A DNA stretch of 64,000 nucleotides from Candidatus Anstonellales archaeon (GTDB taxonomy: Archaea; Micrarchaeota; Micrarchaeia; Anstonellales; J096). The position numbers were made by a program, and so were the translations under genes. Below, in pieces: positions 59,010 to 64,000 of this stretch (within the stretch, counting starts at the first letter, position 1; each line of letters begins with the position of its first letter). The DNA lies in assembly GCA_038890615.1 (NCBI GenBank), contig JAWAFI010000001.1, positions 240,744 to 304,743 on the forward strand. Direction: 5' to 3'. Below the pieces are notes generated by a model. It was not told the origin of the DNA and made no database searches. It was given only the letters and a program-made list of their open reading frames with translations.

Positions 59010-60671
59010 ATGAACTTTTACAAGATCTTGCCACTGCTATTTGTTGGAGTGCTATTTCTAAACGCTGCAAGCGCCTTGGTTGTTACCAACTCAGCAGATG
59101 GAAGGGACACTGTAAGCGCCATATATTATGCAAATGTGAAAGGCGAAGATATAAGGTTTGCCACGAGGTACCAGAATGCTGAGATGTTCTTCTACAAAGT
59201 TGGCACTCAAGGCAGGGATATACTTTACATAGAATCAAAGAATTATCCAATATTCGCATTTGCAAAGGAAAAGATAGCCCAGACAAACACAATAAAGGAG
59301 GAAATAATATCAGAGGATCCATACAAGACCAACCAGCTGCTTGCAAAAAAGAGCGGTGCTCAGAATTTCATAATAGTTGATCCTACTTACGGCTACAACA
59401 CTGTGTCAGTGCTTGCATATGCAAAGGCAACTAAATCCTACTTGCTTTTTGCAAACAAGGATTTGATAGCTGATGTTGTTGCTGTTCTCAAGGAAGTGGG
59501 GGCAAAGAAAATACTCGTGTATGGACTTGTTGATGAGGAGGTCATAGTAGAGCTCAACAAGACAGGAATACAAATGGAAATAATAAATAATAAGGACAAG
59601 TATGATGACAACATGCAGATGGTAGAAAGAACGCTTAAGCTGACTGGAAGGAGGCAGATGATAATGTCAGACGGCAATGCAATAGAGGAATCAATTGCGT
59701 CTGGGTCTGACCCTGTTATCTTCATAAACACCCTTTTCCCAAGGGATGTTGAAGCCTTCCTTATGAATAAGGTGAGGGATGGGGAAGTAAGTGTTTTCCT
59801 GCTTATAGGGGAGGAATATGCACAGGCAGCCTACAACTTCAAGCAGAAGGCAAAGCAGGAGCTTGGCAAGGAAGTCAGCATTATAGCAAAATTCGGTGAA
59901 GTGATACCAAAAATGGGTGAAGACCCACAGCCAAACAACTATGTTGTGCTTCCTGGGCCTGTGCTTGATCTCCAGATAAGCGCAGTCAACTACAACAGCA
60001 AGACAAAGAGGCTGGAGGTAATATTCAAGAACAGCGGAGCCCCTGTATATGAAAGCTCAGAAATAATCGTCTTTGTAAATGGCCAAAAGGTTTTGAGCAT
60101 AATTGACCCTAAGCCAATCTACATAGAAACAGCTGATGAATATGGTGTTGAGTATGATGTCCAGCAATCGCTTGAGGGGGAGGTAGGGGCAAACATAACT
60201 ACAAGGTATGGCATGTCCTCAAAATACTACGAGAAGGGATTTGTGGTTTACTCAAAGATAGGATATGTTGAATTCTACGATGCTTCAAACCTTTCAATAG
60301 CAGACATAAGCACTGATCCATTTAGCGGAGATGTGAAGGTAAAGGTTGAAAACAAAGGGGAAAAGTTGGTTTATTACAGGCTAACCACAAAGCTAGTAGG
60401 GGCAAAGAACACTACTGTAAGCGATCAGGAGATTAGGGAGCTTCAACCAGGCGAAAGCGCAGTGATAAGCTATTCAGGTGTCCTCAAAGGCACAGAAGCA
60501 ACTTCTGTTGAAAGCACTGCTAAATACGGGGAGAGGAAGGCTTTCCTTAAGAATGAAGCAACCCTTTCAAGAAGGGTGGCAACTCTTCTGGATGCCCTTT
60601 GGCTGCCATTGCTAATACTGGTTGTGCTAATAGCAATAGCCCTTTACATCTTGAGCAAAAGGCAAAAGTGA
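59010..60671 (+). CDS. Secreted, C-terminally anchored protein with cell-wall-binding-2-like repeats and Ig-like domains
   Basis: Signal peptide MNFYKILPLL...; repeats IISEDPYKTN / IINNKDKYDDN resembling the CWB2 I.G.DRY.T motif; two beta-rich domains; C-terminal TM helix plus KRQK. Confidence 0.6.
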   Translation: MNFYKILPLLFVGVLFLNAASALVVTNSADGRDTVSAIYYANVKGEDIRFATRYQNAEMFFYKVGTQGRDILYIESKNYPIFAFAKEKIAQTNTIKEEIISEDPYKTNQLLAKKSGAQNFIIVDPTYGYNTVSVLAYAKATKSYLLFANKDLIADVVAVLKEVGAKKILVYGLVDEEVIVELNKTGIQMEIINNKDKYDDNMQMVERTLKLTGRRQMIMSDGNAIEESIASGSDPVIFINTLFPRDVEAFLMNKVRDGEVSVFLLIGEEYAQAAYNFKQKAKQELGKEVSIIAKFGEVIPKMGEDPQPNNYVVLPGPVLDLQISAVNYNSKTKRLEVIFKNSGAPVYESSEIIVFVNGQKVLSIIDPKPIYIETADEYGVEYDVQQSLEGEVGANITTRYGMSSKYYEKGFVVYSKIGYVEFYDASNLSIADISTDPFSGDVKVKVENKGEKLVYYRLTTKLVGAKNTTVSDQEIRELQPGESAVISYSGVLKGTEATSVESTAKYGERKAFLKNEATLSRRVATLLDALWLPLLILVVLIAIALYILSKRQK

Positions 60672-60675
60672 TGAG

Positions 60676-61401
60676 ATGCCTGAAGCAGAGGGATTCCCAA
60701 AGCCAAAGGCAGTGCCTGAGAAAGTTGTGCAGGAAGCAACAACTTTCGTGGAGTATTATATAAAGGAGCTTTTGGCGCAGTTGGGAAAGGCATATAAGAA
60801 GGGCGCATGGGATTGTGTCACAGTGCCAATGAATGCAATAAGGAAACTCTACTTAAAAATTACAGGAGAAAAGCCAAAAAACCTTGATTTGAACTACTTC
60901 AGGAATGGCGGTTTACTGCTACAGAGGTATAAAGAAGCTGGGGGCTCTTTAAGCATAATAAGCCCTGATGAGCTGAAAGAGGGCAAGGGAATAAGCACAG
61001 GTAATTTAGTAATGCGCCTAATTGAAGTGAAGAAAGGCGATGAAAAAGCAATAAGTGCAATGAAGGCAGCCCTGAACGCAGGTGATTTGGCTGTTTACCA
61101 GGATTGGCATGGGGACTGCCACCTTCTAAAGAAAAAGGAAGCGTTGGGAAAGATAAATGAGTTGAAGGATGGCGAGCATCTATACATTGTGAGGCACTAC
61201 CTAACTGCGGACACAAGAGAAGGTGAGCTTAAGCTGATACATGCCTCGAGTGCAAAAGGCAAGGTAGTAAAGGAACCTGTTGAAGACTATCTTAAGGATA
61301 AAGTAAATCAGAAGAGCTTTTACATAGTTATTGATTTGGAGAAGGCATTAGGGGTAGAAAATTGGCTAAGAGGGAAAAAACAGGAAAAACAGAAAGCTTA
61401 G
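60676..61401 (+). CDS. NlpC/P60-superfamily (papain-like) protein
   Basis: Y.KGAWDCVT, L.AGDL, HLYIV, LIHASS..GKVV..P..DYL. Confidence 0.65.
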   Translation: MPEAEGFPKPKAVPEKVVQEATTFVEYYIKELLAQLGKAYKKGAWDCVTVPMNAIRKLYLKITGEKPKNLDLNYFRNGGLLLQRYKEAGGSLSIISPDELKEGKGISTGNLVMRLIEVKKGDEKAISAMKAALNAGDLAVYQDWHGDCHLLKKKEALGKINELKDGEHLYIVRHYLTADTREGELKLIHASSAKGKVVKEPVEDYLKDKVNQKSFYIVIDLEKALGVENWLRGKKQEKQKA

Positions 61402-64000
61402 TTAGTTTAGTTCAACCCAGATGCTTACTGTCCCTGAAGAGCCCGTATAAGTGTCAAGGGTTTCAGGCACTATTATCTCATAATCGTAAGTGCCGTAGCC
61501 TCCTTCTGTGCCTTTCATTATCGGGGATATAAACACTATGTCCTCAGCATCTGCTGGGTCAAACTCAGCATTTCCTGTGTCATCAGAGAAGTCCCACACA
61601 ATGCCTGTAACAAAGCATTGGTCCCAAGTGGTTGTGCAGTTGTCTGCACTGCTTGGGTATATCGGGTATTGCACGAACCTTCCATACATATAAGAAGATG
61701 TAGTATTTTTAGCGTTTGTACCATCAATTGAGAATGTGTAGTTTATATTATCCACATAATCACTTGTGCCAAGCACTGCGTCTGCATCCTCAAAGTCAGT
61801 TGCGCCAAGGCCAAGCCCTATGAGGTTGCCCCAGTCAATTGTTGCATCGCTGTTGGCAACGTAAACCATGCCTCTGTGGCCGTTCCAAGTCCATTGGTAG
61901 AATCTCTGGTTTGCAGCAGAGCCTGCGGCCAAGGTTATGTTGCCTGAGACATTGCCATATATTGTTGCCCAGAGGCCTCCTGAAAGGATTGTCATGTTCT
62001 CACTGCAGAAGCTGTCCTCCTCAAAGCCATCATTGCCATAGGCGCAGAAGCTCCAATTCTCATCCTTGTGCGTCATTGAGCTATGTATTATGTAGGGCTT
62101 GCTGCTTGCGTAAAGCGCCATCTGTCCTGCTTTTATGTCCATGTCGTAGAAGCGGAAGTCATCTATAAACCCATTAAAAGCTGTCTCTGTTGAGTTCTCC
62201 AAAGCCCCTATCCTTAAAGTGTCATTTGGCTGGTCAAGAACGCCTGGCACAACGCTTGCTACTTGAACCCCATCAAGGAACATCCTTAAGGTAAGCCCAT
62301 TGTAGGAAACCCCTACGTGGTGCCATGCGCCTTGGAGGTTGCCTGAGTTGTATGTAAGGGTTGAGGGGAAGGAATCTCCGCTAACCATGTAGTTGAACCT
62401 AAGCGAGTTGGCAGTATAGTAAAGGCCTGTGTAGTGGGTTGAGTTGCGATATATTCCATAGATGTATCCAGAGGATCCATTTATGTATACCCATGCGTCC
62501 ATTGCAAAAGGCACATCCCCTGAAGGCAACACGCCTGTTGCATCTGGAAGATAAAGGAAGGAGTCTTGATTGACACCGAAATAATATGAGCCAGAGCCAT
62601 TGTGGCCTTTGGTAAGGGTGGGTAAAGGAGCCCCTGTGCCTTCTGTGTTGAGGCGGCCTGCTGGCCTAAGCGTTATGGTCTTGTCCCTTCCGTAGTTTTT
62701 GATCACGAAGCTCTCGTTGCCATCTATTCCTTCAAATGGAAGGTAGAGCACTGCTATGCTTTTGCCATTTAGGCGCCAGTCAACTATATTCTCAACATAG
62801 TCCCTTTCTGTTTCGTTGTTGCCTTCATCAACAACGGTTATGTTTGCAATAAGGTTCTCCCTGCTTGTGTTCTTGCCTAGAGAGGAGTTTATGAAACCCT
62901 CTATGTCAGGCGGATTAGGAACTATTGTAATGTTGCCAGTGCATGTGCTGTTTTCTTCGTAGCCATCGTTGGCGTAAACACACAGGGAATAGTTGTGGCC
63001 TATTTTAGTGCCCCTGAAGAGCCTCCTATCACTGCGGTTCGCAGCAATTGCTGCTATCTGTTCTGGGCTAAGCGCCCTATCATAAACTTCAAAGTTGTCT
63101 ATATGGCCATCAAAATCTCCGTAAATGTCCCTACTGCCTATCTTAAGATAGTCCTTTGGCTGGGAGAGAGGACCTGGTATTATTCTTTCTGTTTCTACTC
63201 CGTCTACATAGAGCCTTATTGTGACTCCATCATAAGTAACTGCAATGTGGTGCCATTGGTTGAGTGGTATGCCTGGTCCTGATATAGTACTGAAAAACAA
63301 GTCTCCATCTCTCATGTAGGCAAATGTTGTTGCGGTTGGTTGGGCATATAAGTATGACATGTTGTTTCCCCCTGTTCCGTGTTGGGTGTATATATAACCA
63401 TTGCCTCCAGAAGAGGTAAGGTTCACCCAAGCCATATAAGTGAAGTTTTGGTTTCCGTAGGGAAGCTCTGAAGTGTCTATGTTTGAGAATAGGAGGTAAT
63501 TCTCCTTTGCGTTCTCAAAGAAGTATGCTCCTGAGCCGTTGTAGCCTGTTGTGAAGTTCCACCATGGCGGGTTCCTTAAGGCAGAGTATCCCCTTGCGTA
63601 TGGGGTTATGTTCAATGACTTGTTCCTTCCGTAGTTCTTTGTTGTCTGGAGCTCAAAGCCGTCGTTTCCTTCAAATGGGAGGTTCATGAGTGCCATTGTG
63701 ATGCCATCCTCTTTCCACTCATATATTATTTCAATGTGGTCTCTTGCACCTTCGCGGTTTCCTCCTGAAGCAACAACTGTTGCAGTAAGGTTCTCTTGGG
63801 TTGTGTTAAGGTTTAATGCTGTTGAAAGCGTTGCTGAAATGGTTGGCTTGTTCTCAGGTATTGTAATATTCTCAGTGCATGTGCTGTTTTCTTCGTAGCC
63901 GTCATTTGCATAAACGCAGAGCGAATAGTTGCTCCCGACATGGGTGTCCCTAAATGAAATGACATTGGTTTGGTTTGAGGCGAAAAGGGCTATCTGCTCT
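61402..64000 (-). CDS. Large LamG (concanavalin A-like) repeat surface protein, 5' end beyond the window
   Basis: Frame stays open from 63696 to 64000. LamG motifs WHHIAVTYDG..LYVDG, FDGHID; many N-x-S/T sequons; C-terminal domain related to 57356/58210. Confidence 0.88.
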   Translation of the reverse strand, partial: EQIALFASNQTNVISFRDTHVGSNYSLCVYANDGYEENSTCTENITIPENKPTISATLSTALNLNTTQENLTATVVASGGNREGARDHIEIIYEWKEDGITMALMNLPFEGNDGFELQTTKNYGRNKSLNITPYARGYSALRNPPWWNFTTGYNGSGAYFFENAKENYLLFSNIDTSELPYGNQNFTYMAWVNLTSSGGNGYIYTQHGTGGNNMSYLYAQPTATTFAYMRDGDLFFSTISGPGIPLNQWHHIAVTYDGVTIRLYVDGVETERIIPGPLSQPKDYLKIGSRDIYGDFDGHIDNFEVYDRALSPEQIAAIAANRSDRRLFRGTKIGHNYSLCVYANDGYEENSTCTGNITIVPNPPDIEGFINSSLGKNTSRENLIANITVVDEGNNETERDYVENIVDWRLNGKSIAVLYLPFEGIDGNESFVIKNYGRDKTITLRPAGRLNTEGTGAPLPTLTKGHNGSGSYYFGVNQDSFLYLPDATGVLPSGDVPFAMDAWVYINGSSGYIYGIYRNSTHYTGLYYTANSLRFNYMVSGDSFPSTLTYNSGNLQGAWHHVGVSYNGLTLRMFLDGVQVASVVPGVLDQPNDTLRIGALENSTETAFNGFIDDFRFYDMDIKAGQMALYASSKPYIIHSSMTHKDENWSFCAYGNDGFEEDSFCSENMTILSGGLWATIYGNVSGNITLAAGSAANQRFYQWTWNGHRGMVYVANSDATIDWGNLIGLGLGATDFEDADAVLGTSDYVDNINYTFSIDGTNAKNTTSSYMYGRFVQYPIYPSSADNCTTTWDQCFVTGIVWDFSDDTGNAEFDPADAEDIVFISPIMKGTEGGYGTYDYEIIVPETLDTYTGSSGTVSIWVELN
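62005..64000 (-). repeat. Intragenic 936-bp (312-aa) tandem repeat units
   Basis: The C-x-Y-x-N-D-G-x-E-E-x-S-x-C motif recurs at 62005, 62941 and 63877, exactly 936 bp apart. The last two copies share GCATGTGCTGTTTTCTTCGTAGCC. Confidence 0.85.

Noticed and set aside
62941..63930. Near-identical DNA segments as a possible DGR template/variable repeat pair
   Set aside because: Both copies are in-frame parts of one repeat protein, the differences are not adenine-specific, and no reverse transcriptase is present.

Overview
Gene-dense archaeal chromosome segment. PolD, GINS, aIF2-alpha, L44e/S27e, Nop10, deoxyhypusine synthase and GGGP synthase establish it as archaeal. Compact overlapping genes, an unlinked 5S rRNA and many lineage-specific ORFans suggest a DPANN archaeon, possibly Micrarchaeota (inference). 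Housekeeping genes are interspersed with single hypothetical, HEAT-like and ankyrin genes. RNA genes: tRNA-Val(GAC), a 5S rRNA and a box C/D guide sRNA. Decayed genes: an inositol-3-phosphate synthase, a truncated restriction-modification TRD cassette, an unknown gene and a frameshifted membrane protein. No CRISPR array, transposase or integrase was recognised. The strongest candidate for an undescribed system is at 57356-64000. Two paralogous secreted ~25 kDa proteins share a domain with the C-terminus of a large LamG-repeat protein. These flank a divergent pair encoding a membrane-anchored cell-wall-binding-like/Ig protein and an NlpC/P60-like Cys-His-His enzyme. The layout suggests a non-type-IV surface filament with a tip adhesin. 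A second candidate is an AT-rich divergent RNA ligase / PIN nuclease pair. All assignments come from motif recognition by eye; no database searches were run.
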